In this document: piece after piece, positions 34,901 to 47,410 of the stretch
Layout: each line of letters opens with the position of its first letter
Numbering within the stretch: the first letter of the stretch is position 1
Assembly: GCF_964355755.1 (NCBI RefSeq)
Contig: NC_092670.1
Span: 9,414,201 to 9,478,200, forward strand
Length of the DNA stretch: 64,000 nt
DNA from: Antedon mediterranea
Lineage: Eukaryota; Animalia; Echinodermata
Reading direction: 5' to 3'
The notes under the pieces: generated by a model
What the model was told of the DNA's origin: nothing
Databases searched by the model: none
The model's input: the letters and a program-made list of their open reading frames with translations, nothing else
Program-made: the position numbers and the translations under genes

Positions 34901-37900
34901 AAGTTTTATCAGTATAAGGAAAAAATAGATAAACCTAATTTAGTTAAGTTAGTTTTTATATTATATTTTACTGATTATTAACCAATTACACACAGGATCT
35001 ATAATATTGAAAATTTTCTATCATTTTCATCCAAATATTTAAAAAAAGGTTATTTCATCATATGTTTAATTTGTTTGATTATATACACAAAAATGTAATA
35101 ATGTTTTTCTATATAATTTCCGTTAAACTTTTTTTAGTTTTCTTTTACTGATTGAGAGACCTAGTTTTTTGTTTTCTTTCATAATTTGCTCTCTTATAAC
35201 CAATATCCTAAAAACTTATTAGGCAGGTTGTTCACAACAGAATCGGACATTTATTTGCCGATAAGGAAACACGACTTGACAGTCAGATCATGTTGAAATA
35301 CGACAAACGCTTCAACAAAATACAATTTTAATCCACAATGGATGTAAAACAATTGCTTCTACGAGTGTGATTGGTCGGATATAAATAAAAAAACTGATTC
35401 CTTGCATCTGTTTGCCCGAAATGACGGGACACTTACTCACGTACATGTCCTAAAAATGAGTCTCAAACCATCGGTTGTGGTCCGCTGAATGATGGCCAAG
35501 TTTCACACACTGTACCGTTTTGGACATCCATTTTAATTTCCGTGGTGTAACTCATACCGGACGAACACGGTCGCAATTCTCTTCAGGGCAGGTGGTTATA
35601 TACTGTAAAAACCCTATTTCTGTTTCTTATTATCCCCGTGACCCGAAATCTTATATATAAAATGATCGGCCATATGAATGGAAATTGAATTTTTACATGG
35701 GCTAAATGACCTCCATTGGTTGGTCTGCTGTGGTTAAGGGGTTGGATGTCGTTCCGAATTTACCTAATAAAAATTTTGTAATAGTCATTTTCAAAAACAT
35801 GCCGAGATGTTAAATAACTACCTTAGTCACGTAGAATTAAGCTGCCAAGTTTTATTACATGTTTTCAACACCAACAAAATATAATAATTATGAATTAAAA
35901 TTTAATGGGTGTGATTTTAAATTGAAATATCATGCAGATTTATCACCGCAAATTTACCTTGTCACCATTTTCATTATGCGACGCACATTTCGGACTTTTA
36001 ACAAGTTCCCAACCTATTTTATATTTTTATGTTTTATTGTTCACTTAGTAGATGTTAAACGAGGTCAGGGTGAAGGATTAAACTGACTTTTTATATTTTA
36101 TATATTTTGTTTCAATACAATATTTTGTGAGTTTTTAAGTATTCCATAAAAAATATAATCAAATTTGAAAAAAAAAAAATTATTTGTGAAATTTATTTTA
36201 ATGATGTAATTTTGCTCGCAGCCCTTACCTGCTTGAAATACATATCACAATTAATAAAGACGCGCTCATGAGGATCTTGTAACTTATGAGTCTTGATGTA
36301 TTGCCAGAGGGCGCTGATGATCACGGCACGTGTTTGAGTATGAACACCTAGAAGACGAGCAAGTCGGGGATCCAGTTTATACTGTGGCGGCTGTAAGAAT
36401 CAAAATTAAAAATTATATTATTATTATGGTAATGGTAATCATGTATTCAAATAATTAAGGAGTGGAGTCGTTGCCTTCCAATTTCAAGGTTCAGGGTGTT
36501 CAATCCCGACCTAGTGACGAATGTACAACTTCACTGCCTAAAGCTTGGTTCCCACAAGACGCAACGCATGGACATAATGCAAAGTGATTTGACCAATCAC
36601 AAGCAATGGATTATTCGAACAGTAGCTTATCATTGGTCAACTCGTTTGTGTTGGATTGCATATTTAGTCGAAGCCAAGCTAAAAGCATCAAACCAAACTT
36701 AGTTTAAGAACGATTGGACTTGCTTGCTATTGGATGTGTATGAAATAAAAAAATATAAAAGCAAAAACTAGCCTTGCACAAACATCAAATTTTAAAAATG
36801 TTTACTAAATAATGAATGCCAAAAACTCCTAGAAGATGTATTGTACTGTTTTTGCTTAAAATTACAGCTATTTTTTTCAGGTAAATACATTTTTTTCAAT
36901 CCAATTTTTTGTCTAAGTGGATAACTGTTATTGTGACATTAAAATGGCATATTCAACAAAAATGTTTAACAATTATTTTTCCAGGGGGACAATACATCTT
37001 TAACAAAATAAAATGGTTATTATTTAAATTTACCACAATATTTTCTGATAATAAATAAAAAATTAAAACAGCATTTGTTAAAATATCCTGACACAAAATA
37101 TAATGCTGCCTGACAGAGGTTAATGGCCATAACACATTACCGCAATAATAATACATAATTTATGTAGTCTGCGTAATCACCAACGAAACCCAGGCTTTAA
37201 TTTTCTCGCACTTTTTGAAGGGCATGGCCAGATGACTGACCCTAGCTGTGCGAAGAGACCGCTTTGGAAAGTAGTTCGAGTTGGCCAACAGCTGACGGTT
37301 GTTTCTATAACAGTAACTCCTAATGAGTGACTGGTACGAGAGTAGTGTCTTTTAGCAGTGGCCGAGTTTTAGAGAATAGACATTAAATTACGTTTTTGGA
37401 TAATGTACAAACGATTTTATATAATGTATATTATTATAAACGGACTATGAATAAATACTGATTTTGACTTCAATAATTTGTTACTAAAAACCCAGATTTG
37501 GAATAAAATTAGAAATAAAATAAACACTTTACTTTTTAAAACATGATTTGACCCTAAAATTTAATATAAAAGAATTTTCAATACAAGTTTTATTATTATA
37601 AATTAGTATCTTCTGAAAAATAATTTTAAAAAATGTTTTCGTTGAATATGCCATTTTACTGTCACATAATACTAGTTATTCACTTTGACCAACTGAAACA
37701 AAATAGTTTACCTTATAAAACCACAAAAATAGTTTTAAAACAGTTAACCGGAAGCCTATTATTATCATGAAGACAATTAATGGTAAAATATAATGTCTTT
37801 CTGACTGTCGGACTTTTTTATAAGCAAAAATTTTAATATTATGCTTAATATATTAAAAGAAATAATAAATCGCATATCTAGGTAACAAAAATCAGCTTTG

Positions 37901-40900
37901 AGAAATTGACCCTTCAACCTAACCGGAACTTTTCATCTGCCATTCGCATGAAGAGCAATAAATAAACTTCAAAGACTTGCCGACATTATTATATTTTAAT
38001 GATCTGAGATTGAGGCTCCTAAATATAAAGATGACCGGAACGAACGTAAAAATTTTGCATCTTGAAAGCTAATAAAAAACAATCAGCATTCCCAATAAAC
38101 CTATCACTTTTACAACAATTATTATTGATAATTTGTCTATTTTTGTAAACATTAAATATTGCAATTCTGTCTGCTGCCCTCACAACCTCAAAACTATGAC
38201 TAACTTTTATTTTACTGTTCAAATTCATTATCATGAAATTGTTTAAATTAAACATATTCAATTAATCAAATGTAAAAGGATGGTATAAAAAAAAATAATT
38301 TTAGATTTGTCTAATTCTAAATTCCATACAGGTATGTGTTTAGCCAACCCACATACAGATAACCACAAGAGTTTAATTTTGTATAATATTATTTATAAAT
38401 CATACCAATATTAAACAAAGTGTTTCTACCAATAAAATTTAATAATTTAAAAAAATAATAATTATAATATATTACAACAATAATATGGTTACAGACACAA
38501 CACCTGTTATAACAAGCTAACAAATAAACATAATATTTTGTCCCATTTAAAAGTCATTTCAACCAAATTTTACAAGTATCTTGACCTTGAATCATGCAAA
38601 ATTATTTTTTATATAAATCAGCAGCATGAATTTTTTTTATTATAATGGCTTTGCTTTTATTACCTTGACTCTCAATGAGCCTATAAATGTTACCTTCGAA
38701 ATGTCAAGAGCATTATTATTATTATATTATTTAGCACCAAAAAGAGATTTGAAAAAGTGCAATGAATTTTAACTTTCGACATACATTTTGTTGACAATGA
38801 ATAAAACTAGTTCTACACAGATAAGTTGAAGATTAGTTAGTAGTCTCTGTTGTGCGTGTATACACAACCTAAATACAAAACGTGCCAAAATCCTTGACCA
38901 ACTCAGGTTTTTATCTGTCTACACACCAGGCTTCAAACCTCAAAATCTGAACATATACTAGGAAACGATTTCTTATTTTTCAAATAAAAAAAAAATATTT
39001 TTACTTGTTTATTAGTGTTTTCAAGTTGTCTAGTTTCAATTGTAATCCCATGGGGCTTATGTACAAAATTTGCTGAAGATTAGGGAGGGAGATTATATAC
39101 ACATATTGTAGTAAAAAATAAATTTAGCAAAGTTTTGCATATTTCTCTTTCCTTCTAAATTATGGGGTGATATACTCGAGAACTCTTTGATTTGTAAAAA
39201 GAATAAAGAAAAAATAATAAATTTGTGATATATCAATTTGTGATATATCAATTTGGTCTATTATAAATTCTTTATGACTTTAATTTAAAATATTTTTAAA
39301 AAGGAAAATGAAACATGAAAAATGATGTGAACCAAAATTTAACTACATACCTCAAAGAGTGTTAAGCGAGTTATTATCATCCAAATAATGAGTGCATGAC
39401 ACACACAAGGGAATATGTTAAATATACTTTATGCAGTTAGAAGAAAGAGTGTGGCAGAGAAGAAATAGTATGGGAGGGAGAAGAAAGAGTGTGGCAGGGA
39501 GAAGAAAGAGTATGTGAGGGAGAAGAAAGAGTGTGCAAGGGAGAAGAAAAAGTGTGGCAGAGAAGAAAGAGTGTGCGAGGGAGAAAAAAGAGTATGTGAG
39601 GGAGAAGAAAGAGTGTGGCAGAGAAGAAAGAGTGTGCGAGGGAGAAGGAAGAATGTGGCAGAGAAGAAGAGAAGAAAGAGTGTGGTAGAGAAGAAATAGT
39701 ATGGGAGGGAGAAGAAAGAGTGTTCGAGGGAGAAGAAAGAGTGTGGCAGAGGGAGAAGAAAGAGTGTGGCAGAGAAGAAATAGTATGTAAAGGAAGAACA
39801 AAGAGTGTACAAGGAAGAAGAAAGAGATAGTATGTGAGGGAGAAGAAAGAGTGTGGCAGAGAAGAAATAGTATGTAAAGGAAGAACAAAGAGTGTGCGAG
39901 GGAGAAGAAAGAGATAGTATGTGAGGGAGAAGAAAGAGTGTGGCAGAGAAGAAATAGTATGTAAAGGAAGAACAAAGAGTGTGCGAGGGAGAAGAAAGAG
40001 ATAGTATGTGAGGGAGAAGAAAGAGTGTGGCTGAGAAGAAATAGTATGTAAAGGAAGAACAAAGAGTGTGCGAGGGAGAAGAAAGAAATAGTATGTGAGG
40101 GAGAAGAAAGTTTGGCAGAGAAGAAAGAGTGTGGCAGAGAAGAAATAGTGTGTAAGGGATAAGAAAGAGTGTGGCAGAGAAGAAAGAGTGTGGCAGAGAA
40201 TAAATAGTATGTGAGGAAGAAGGAAGAGTGTGGCAGAGAAGAAAGAGTGTGGCAGGGAAGAAATAGTATGTGAGGGAGAAGAAAGAGTCTGTCAGAGAAG
40301 AAAAAGTGTCTGAGTGAGAAGAAAGAGTGTGGCAGAGAAGAGTGTGGCTGAGAAGAAATAGTATGTGAGGGAGAAGAGTGTGGCAGAGAAGAAAGAGTTT
40401 GTGAAGGAGAAGAGTTTGGCAGAGAAGAAATAGTATGGTGTGTGAGGGTGAAGAAAGAGTGTGTGAGGGAGAAGAGTTTGGCAGAGAAGAAATAGTTTGG
40501 TGTGTGAGGGTGAAGAAAAGTGTGTGAGGAAGAAGAAATAGTATGATGTGTGAGGGTGAAGAAAGAGTGTGTGAGGAAGAAGAAATAGTATGGAGAATTG
40601 TGGAGAAGTAGTAGTTACCAGGAAGATCAAAGAGTACCAATAGAGAATTAATTTGAGATTGACAATTCTAGAAGACCATTCAGAAACAGTCTGATAAAAA
40701 AACAAACAAATATGCATATATATATAGAAAAATATAAATATTATACAACAAGCACATTGAATAAACTTTGCTCGTTTCTTCTGGAAATTTGTCTTCTACT
40801 TGTTATTAGTAGAACCATGGAGGGTATGGTGTATCTTTTAATCATAATTTTAAGTGGGGAAAATGTAATTTCAAAATTTTAAGTGTGGGGAAATTTAGAA

Positions 40901-43900
40901 TACTTTGACTTTTAATTAAAGTACAGTAACCTGGCTTAACCTTGAGTCATGTGATCCTAGTTGGAGCGTGAAGCTAAAGTGTTAATATACTTTTTCGGAC
41001 AATGGTAACAGGAGGTCATGATCCCAGCAGTGGTCGTTGCCTGATTACTCCTGCGGACAATTCCCTGAATGCTGCGCAGTCATTCGTTTTAGTTTTTCAA
41101 ACAATTTATCCAAATTCGTAGCTAAGTATTTCCTGGTTGTTGTTCTCACTCACCTTAATGAGGGTGGTGTGCATCACAAATGCATGAATGAACAAATCAA
41201 TTCTATCGCAACAAAAGCATTTTCTTAAACTTTTTATCGTAATCAAGGTCATCGGCAGAAAAACTTAATTAACAATTTCTTCACATTCTGTACTACAATA
41301 AACTTTTAAAAATTACGAATAAGAGACATCGCGAAGGGATGTCTGTGGGTGTAAAAATAACACCAAACTAAAAGTAAAATAATATATAATAATTAATGTT
41401 TATGATTAGGATGGGGAGCATATTTTTATAAGTTGAAAGATTGGCTAAGTTGACTTGAAAAAAAACCATTTTCCCTATTCCATATTCCTTTACTATTAAT
41501 AATAATAAATGAAAACTTATATAGCGCCGGTATTCTCCACCCATGTGGCGCTCATGGCGCTTTGTGCATTAACAACGTGCGAGAACATCAGCGAATAGCG
41601 ACGTCTTTAGGTTGGTCTTGAAACTGTTTAGACTAGTTGAGCATTTAACTGTTGCTGGTAAGCTGTTCCATACACTTGCGGCCGCAACGTAAAAAGATCT
41701 CTGACCCCACTGATTTTTCGCTCTACGCTCTTGAAGAAGGTTTTGTGACAATGATCGTAGGCCTCTGCGGGATGATTCGTAACGATCCACAAGGTCAGAT
41801 AAATAAGCAGGAGCACTGTCATTTAGGATCTTGAATACAAACAACGCAAGTTTGTACTTAATACGTTGTTGAACAGGCAACCAGTGCAAATCCATCAGGA
41901 CAGGAGTTATGTGAGCGTTTGATTTTGTATAAGTTACAATTCTAGCTGCCATATTTTGCAAGCGCTGCAAATGTTGTATTTGAGATTTTGGTATGCCAAA
42001 CAACAAGGCATTACCAATGTCAATTTTAGAAGTGACAAATGAGTGTACAATCAATTCAGCTGTTTTCTTGTTAAGATTACTGCGAATACGACCAAGGTTC
42101 CTAATCGATATGCATGCTGCTTTGGATACAGTTGTTATTTGTGCTTCCATAGTGAGATTACTATCCAGCATGATTCCCAGATTCCGGACCACCGATGAGG
42201 GAGCGATGTTAGAGTTTCCGATTCTGATATGTGTGATGTTGATTTTGGAGATGTTACATTTAGACCCGACGATAATAAACTCTGTCTTTCCATCATTCAA
42301 CTTTAGGTAATTTGTTGTCATCCAATTGCGAACATCTTCTATACAGGCTTCCATCTTACTGATTGCTGCAGCAACATCCCTTTGCACTGGATTTACTGAC
42401 ACATAAATCTGTGTATCATCTGCATAGAAATGGAAATGTAGACTGTGTTTGCGAATAATGTCACCAAGGGGAAGCGTATAAATGGAAAACTGGCCAGGCC
42501 CAATTACTGACCCCTGTGGTACACCATATTCCAGGCAAGCTTCATCTGAGAATGCATCATTGATACAGACTAGCTGACGTCTTCATGTAAGATATGACTG
42601 GAACCAGTTAAGAGCAACACCATTTATGCCAATGCGATTTCTCAGACGGGTTATCAGTCTTTGGTGATCAACTGTATCAAACGCTGCTGACAAATCCAAC
42701 AACACCAATAGCGTTATTTTCCCATCATTCATTCCTTGTAACAAATCATTCTGTACCTTTAAAAGGGAACTCTCCGTGCTATGACATGCACGATATGCCG
42801 ACTGGTAATTCTCATTTAAATTATGCTTTTGAAGATATGGAGTAATGCGTGATGTCACTACACGCTCCAGAGTCTTTCCAAAATGGTACAAATTATTGTA
42901 CCATTTGAAAGTAAATTTTATTCAATTAATTTGCAGATTCCATCTAAAACCCATTTTGACTAATTTTGGCATTAAATTGCAGTTTTTTCAGGTAAATAAT
43001 TGTTTTTCCCAATCCAATTTTTGGAAAAAAAAACTTTTATTATGTGACGTTTAAAATGGCATATTTAACAAAAACATAAAAAAAAAAAATTTCATGGGGA
43101 CAATATATCTTTAAATAACATAAACATATATGAGGATGTTATTTTGGAGAGAAATCAAAAGAGTACATTATGTCCTGACCTAGTTCACAATTTAAGATTG
43201 GCATATAGTGTGAGGGTTGTAAGTGTGGCATCACAAATAGTCACTTGGCAACTGTTAGATATAGGAGGGAGATAATTCTAATTTTATCCTGTGATACACA
43301 TTTACCATTGTCTATTATAACCCCTAGAGAAAACGTCAATAATCTCCCCCCTATTCAAAAACCACTTAATACTTGTTCTGTCATTTAAAGTTGATTTCAA
43401 TTGCGTCAGCGATCATTGAAAAAATTGTTGCAAGCCAAGATTATTTGAGAAAACACACAGGATAAGGTTTATCCATTTAAAAAACTAGAACATACCAATT
43501 TAGGAAAATCAGTGAATTTGTACATTCTCTGTCAGTGAGTCAAAATAGTGATCTGATGAAATAAAAAAATAAAAAATCGAAACGGAATCATTTTGCTTGT
43601 CATACAATCTACTTTGTCTTATGCAATACTTCCGAAACTTGTAGCTTTTACCACACAGTTCCTCAACAAATGATCAAGAATTGTAAGCATGGCGCCAAAA
43701 TAATTCCCCCGGCGGAGACGTTATACAGTGTACAAATCAAAATTAATCAGAAGAAGGCGGTATATTGATGAAATGGTGTGACCGCAATACCAGTCGTCTG
43801 ACCTCATTCAACAAGATAACTATCGTTATTGGTGTACATCACATTAAGTGGTTAAACAGAAACGAAGGGAAGAAATGCGCCGATTTAACGACACGTTTCC

Positions 43901-46900
43901 TGTGATTACATTAACTTAACGAACACTTAACGAAAACATGGTTACAATTAATGAATATTATGTAAGGTATTTTAAAAAAAACTTTGATGTCGGTGTAGCA
44001 GGTGCGATTTCAACAACTCACTCACTCTAAAAGAACCAGTGTAATGAGGTGTAAAGCAGCACTATATACTGTTATTTATTCACGTTTATTGTTTGGGACG
44101 GTTTTTTGGGGGTTGTTTACTTGAGGTAGGCTTTTATTCGAGGGACGCATTATTTTTTTTAATGTAATATGGTAACATAACATAATAATAAAATAATTTC
44201 ACAATTAATATCAAGATGTGACAGTAAAAATTCAATCAAATCAAAAAAAGTTCTACTTTCTACTCTACAGAGGGCGTCATATTTTAATTTGACAGGGGAG
44301 AGGAGAGAGCCGGCCGGGGGTGGGGGGGGGGGGGCGGAACCCTGTGGTGGCGCGTACTAGTGCAGATATATATTGAAAACACAGATTGCATCTCTACCAC
44401 TCCTTCGCCCTAAAATTAAAAAGCAAAATTTACATGATTAAGTAGCTTTTTAACATTGTTAATTATAATATAACGTAAACTAATATGATGAAAATAATCA
44501 CTTCATTATTCTGATTAAAATTTTTTATGTAAAATTACAAATACCATAAATTTTACTATGGTAATAAATTTACTATAGTATTCCACCTTATTAACAAATT
44601 TCCGTTTCACATTTATTTCCTAATTCCATATCATACGCTCCTAAAATTACACCGATTATTAATTATAAACAACAAATAATCGTGTTGTAAAAAGACATTA
44701 AAACCACGGGGGCAGCCTTCACCCATCAATTAGGTTGAACTGTAACCTCAATTGACAAGGGCTGTAATTGTACTGTTATGGGTAATTAAAGGTACACACA
44801 CTGAGATCTGTTGCAGGATATGTTATGTTTAGCCAGTCCATTTCCATCTCTTCCTCCAATCATCTCATTATAATGCTTATTTTGTCTAATCATGCATAGT
44901 GATCATACATAGAGATCATACATAGTGATCATGCATAGTGATTATGTATAAGTAATCATATATAGTGATAAATATAATAATCATGTATAGTTATCATGTA
45001 TAGTGGTCATACATAGTGATCATTCATCAGATTGAGGAGACACACCCAGAGAAGATTTCCAATACAAATAATCTGAATTTAATTTGTTACATTTGGCTTT
45101 ATGAAAGCTCACATAGTACTCTCACAGACACTACTCCCTTCTCACTCGGGAAGAATTTTGAAATTCTTCCCGACTATATGCAATTATATTTAGAAATCAA
45201 ACCTATCTGGGGTGGTCGGGATGTAGCTAGGGGTGGCTGTCAACAAGTATGGGTGTTGTGTGGATTACAGATATCCTATTGTTGTGTGGTGTGTGTGGAT
45301 GGTGTATTGAAATTAGGCTGGATAGAAGGCATTCAAATATTTAAGCTGTAGGCTGGGTGGACAGCCTTAAAATAACCGTTATGCTAGATGGAAAGTCTTG
45401 AAATAAGCTAGGATGGGTGGAAGGTTTTAAAATAAGCTCGGCTAGGTAGAAGGTTTTTAAATAAGCTGGGCTAGGTAAAAGGTTTTAAAATAAGCTGGGC
45501 TAGAAGGAAGGTCGTAAACCTCCAGCTTTAGGCTTTTAAAGGTGGATATTCAAACCTAGCAAAATTACATGCATGGGCGAGTTGACAGTACTTAACTACT
45601 TATGATCCTATTGATGAAAGAACATTCCAGAGTATACATTTTAATATTTGTATAATTTTATAAAAAAATAGGGGCACACTAAAATGTTTCGTTTTAGTTA
45701 TAGTCTTGTTTGATTGATGGTAAACTGCGATCTTTTTTCTGGGGCAAAATTCTGACAATAAATCAGGTAAAATGTTGATTTATGAATTCAAAATTTAGGA
45801 ATAAGATTGAGCCTGTTTTTGATGCGAGTAAATAAACTGATTAAATAATGTGTGAATAAATTACTAGATTTTTTATTGGCAGCAGAAATGGGACAAAATA
45901 CAAATCAACACATAAATAAAAACAAGAGCAGATCTCGTATGATGATATGACCTGAAATTTGTGAGCGCTAAATATGCTGTATTTATGATGTTAAGATAAC
46001 TAAAAGCGTGATTTTTTTTTAATTGATCATGTAACTATATTGTGCATACAAAACATCCAAAGGAAAATGTTCTGTGGACTTAGGTAAAGTCTATCTATAG
46101 TTTGGTTGAAAAAGTAATTTTGAAGTAATCTTGCTAATAGACAAACCGACAAATAAACCTTGTTAATGTTAAAAACACATAACTGGTATTGGAGTGTTAT
46201 TTAACTGATGATGCTGGGACTACAATTGTCTTGACCAAACTTTTTCTATTGGTTATTTGGGAGAACCAATTTGCAGAAATTTTCAATAATTTCCATGGAA
46301 TAATTTCCTAGGAATAATTCAAATAGAATCAATCACAGGGAATAATTCATATAGAATAATTCCCATGGAATGTTCTCATAGACTAATTCCCATAGCATTA
46401 TTACCATGGAATAATTCAAATGGTATAATTCTAAAGGAAAAATTCTCAAGGAATGATTCCCAAAAAATAATTCCCATGGACTAATTCCCAATGAATAATT
46501 CCCATGGAATAATTCCCAAGGAATAATTCCCAATGAATAATTCACATGGAATAATTCTCAAGGAATAATTCCCAATGAATAATTCCCATGGACTAATTCC
46601 CAGGGAATAATCCCAAGGAATAATTCCCAATGAATAATTCACATGGACTAATTCCCATGGAATAATTCCCATGGAATAATTCCCAATGAATAATTCACAT
46701 GGACTAATTCCCAGGGAATAATTCCCAACGAATAATTCACAAGGAATAATTCCCAGGGAATAATTCCCAAGGAATAATTCCCAAGGAATAATTCCCAAGG
46801 AATAATTCACATGGAATAATGTCCATGCTAAATGTTTATACATTTTTTTACCTGGTGATCAAGCAGCAGCAGTAATGTACACTTTACATTCTGGTCTCCT

Positions 46901-46953
46901 GGTCTTTTCACTTGAAATCCATCTGTCTCAGTAGTGGTCTGGGTTCGATGCCA
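26564..46953 (-). CDS. SMARCD1: SWI/SNF subunit SMARCD/BAF60 (SWIB domain), six 3' exons only; 5' part not found in the window
   Basis: Phase-0 GT-AG exons: 46953-46852 ([34 protein letters not shown]), 36390-36229 ([43 protein letters not shown]), 32545-32393 ([42 protein letters not shown]), 31709-31629 ([27 protein letters not shown]), 30574-30452 ([26 protein letters not shown]) and 26719-26564 ([33 protein letters not shown]). Confidence 0.95.
26970..27185 (+). mobile_element. Decayed tRNA-derived SINE with a Meta-domain-like core
   Basis: A-box-like GTGGTGCAGTG, core TGTCTCACTCTATCCAGGTGTATTAATAATGGGTACC and an L2-like tail GTAAAGTGTTTGAG...GCTATTTAAG. An inverted remnant of the same core lies near 29865-29925. 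Confidence 0.45.
30141..30438. mobile_element. PIF/Harbinger-type MITE, family C
   Basis: TAA|GACCCTTTTACAC...GTAAATGGGATC|TAA, with imperfect TIRs, a TAA TSD and a GC-rich body. Confidence 0.55.
30607..30767. mobile_element. PIF/Harbinger-type MITE, family A
   Basis: TTA|AGCTCTGTCTACACTATCAAACT...GTTGATAGTGTAGACAGATCT|TTA. Confidence 0.85.
31081..31532 (-). mobile_element. Chimeric SINE: 5S rRNA-derived head, tRNA-like segment, Deu/Nin-domain-like core and (TTTAACA)n tail
   Basis: The minus strand starts GGCCATACTGCGTTGAAATACCGGTTCTCGTCAGATCACCGAAGTTAAGCAACG...TGGATGGGAGACCG...GGGTGCTGTA (5S-like, 31532-31422). It continues with TGGAGTAATGGTA..GGGTTCGAGG (A/B-box-like) and CCTTCGGATGGGATGTAAAGCCGTTGGTCCC..CACTATTCGAAAAGAGTAGGGG. 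A second copy lies at 56406-56703. Confidence 0.82.
33586..33792. repeat. 17-bp minisatellite, about 10 copies
   Basis: Unit AAGGGGTAACTGGATCAC with variants. Confidence 0.9.
33848..34625. repeat. Old, degenerate tandem repeat (unit about 130-170 bp)
   Basis: Recurrent ATGGGCGTGGCTT...TTTGGTCAGTCTAGACAAAATATATC...GGTCAAGTTT blocks at about 33849, 34022, 34152, 34299, 34445 and 34563. Confidence 0.65.
36542..36680. mobile_element. PIF/Harbinger-type MITE, family B
   Basis: TAA|AGCTTGGTTCCCAC...GAAGCCAAGCT. The body TTGACCAATCACAAGC..GGATTATTCGAACAGT is shared with the copies at 5246 and 51856. Confidence 0.7.
36834..36999. mobile_element. Kolobok-type MITE, internally deleted
   Basis: AGATGTATTGTAC...GGGGACAATACATCT|TTAA. 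The internal TTTTCAGGTAAATA..CCAATTTTT is shared with the 16188 copy. Confidence 0.6.
39438..40600. repeat. Purine-rich complex minisatellite (about 19-21-bp units), with an 85-bp higher-order block at about 39755-40100
   Basis: GAGAAGAAAGAGTGTGGCA and GAGAAGAAATAGTATGTGAGG variants run throughout. This repeat generates the spurious 214- and 403-aa ORFs. Confidence 0.93.
41497..42882 (-). mobile_element. 5'-truncated L2-clade LINE (RT domain to 3' end) with one in-frame stop
   Basis: ORFs 42891-42583 and 42402-41569 share a frame. Reading through TGA gives [77 protein letters not shown]. The 3' UTR AAGCGCCATGAG...GGCGCTATATAAG plus (TAT)n is L2-type. Confidence 0.93.
42940..43110. mobile_element. 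Right half of a Kolobok-type MITE
   Basis: TTTTTTCAGGTAAATAATTG..CCAATTTTT..AAAATGGCATATTTAACAAAA..GGGGACAATATATCT|TTAA matches the 16188 and 36834 copies. Confidence 0.6.
44890..45025. repeat. 14-bp minisatellite
   Basis: The unit TAGTGATCAT(A/G)(C/T)A is repeated about 9 times. Confidence 0.75.
45340..45512. repeat. Minisatellite of about 29-30 bp
   Basis: The unit GAAGGTTTTAAAATAAGCTGGGCTAGGT is repeated about 5 times. Confidence 0.75.
46285..46826. repeat. 14-bp minisatellite (GAATAATTCCCA(A/T)G), ending about 25 bp from a SMARCD donor site
   Basis: Dozens of GAATAATTCCC units. This repeat explains ORFs 46333-46545 and 46481-46843. Confidence 0.92.
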
Positions 46954-46984
46954 CTAAAGAAGAAAAAACAGAAATTGTAAAGTG

Positions 46985-47410
46985 ATGCTGAAAAGATGCT
47001 ACACAGACTACAATAGACATCTCATGGCAGCAAAGAGGCAGTAATGAAATATTATATGGCTATTTGGATATTTGGCTATTTGGCCATACCAAAGAATCCT
47101 CTGAAACGAAGAATGTAAATTGCAGGGCATTGTTTTCATAGCAAAGAGGCAGCAAAGAGGCAGTAATGAAATATTATATGGCTATTTGGCTATACCAAAG
47201 AATCCTCTGAAACGAAGAATGTAAATTGCAGGGCATTGTTTTCATAGCAAAGAAGAAGTAGTCAGATGTTCCACTATGACAACCCAAACATGGGCTAGCA
47301 AAACCAGGAAAGACCAACACTAAAATGTCTTGATACATTGGAGACGGACACCAGCATTCTAAAGAAGACTTTGCTGGGGCAATGGCAGACAGAAGGCTAA
47401 ACGAACACCC
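46985..47410 (+). mobile_element. Decayed 3' fragment of an RTE-type LINE with an internal tandem duplication of about 120 bp
   Basis: Residual translation across frameshifts: CYT..DISWQQRGSNEILYG..IAGHCFHSKEEVVSDV..QPKHGLAKPGRP..LDTLETDT..AMADR. The segment 47027-47146 is repeated at 47147-47253. Confidence 0.65.

Noticed and set aside
39418-40717. Long minus-strand ORFs (214, 403 and 141 aa) rich in F/L/S/H
   Set aside because: They are translations of the GA-rich minisatellite, with no domain and overlapping open frames caused by low complexity.
42583-42585. Programmed readthrough or selenocysteine TGA in the RT frame
   Set aside because: The element is a 5'-truncated retrocopy. A single point mutation at a variable position explains the stop, and no SECIS-like evidence was seen.
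46333-46843. ORFs with repeating [12 protein letters not shown]
   Set aside because: They are the translation of the 14-bp minisatellite.
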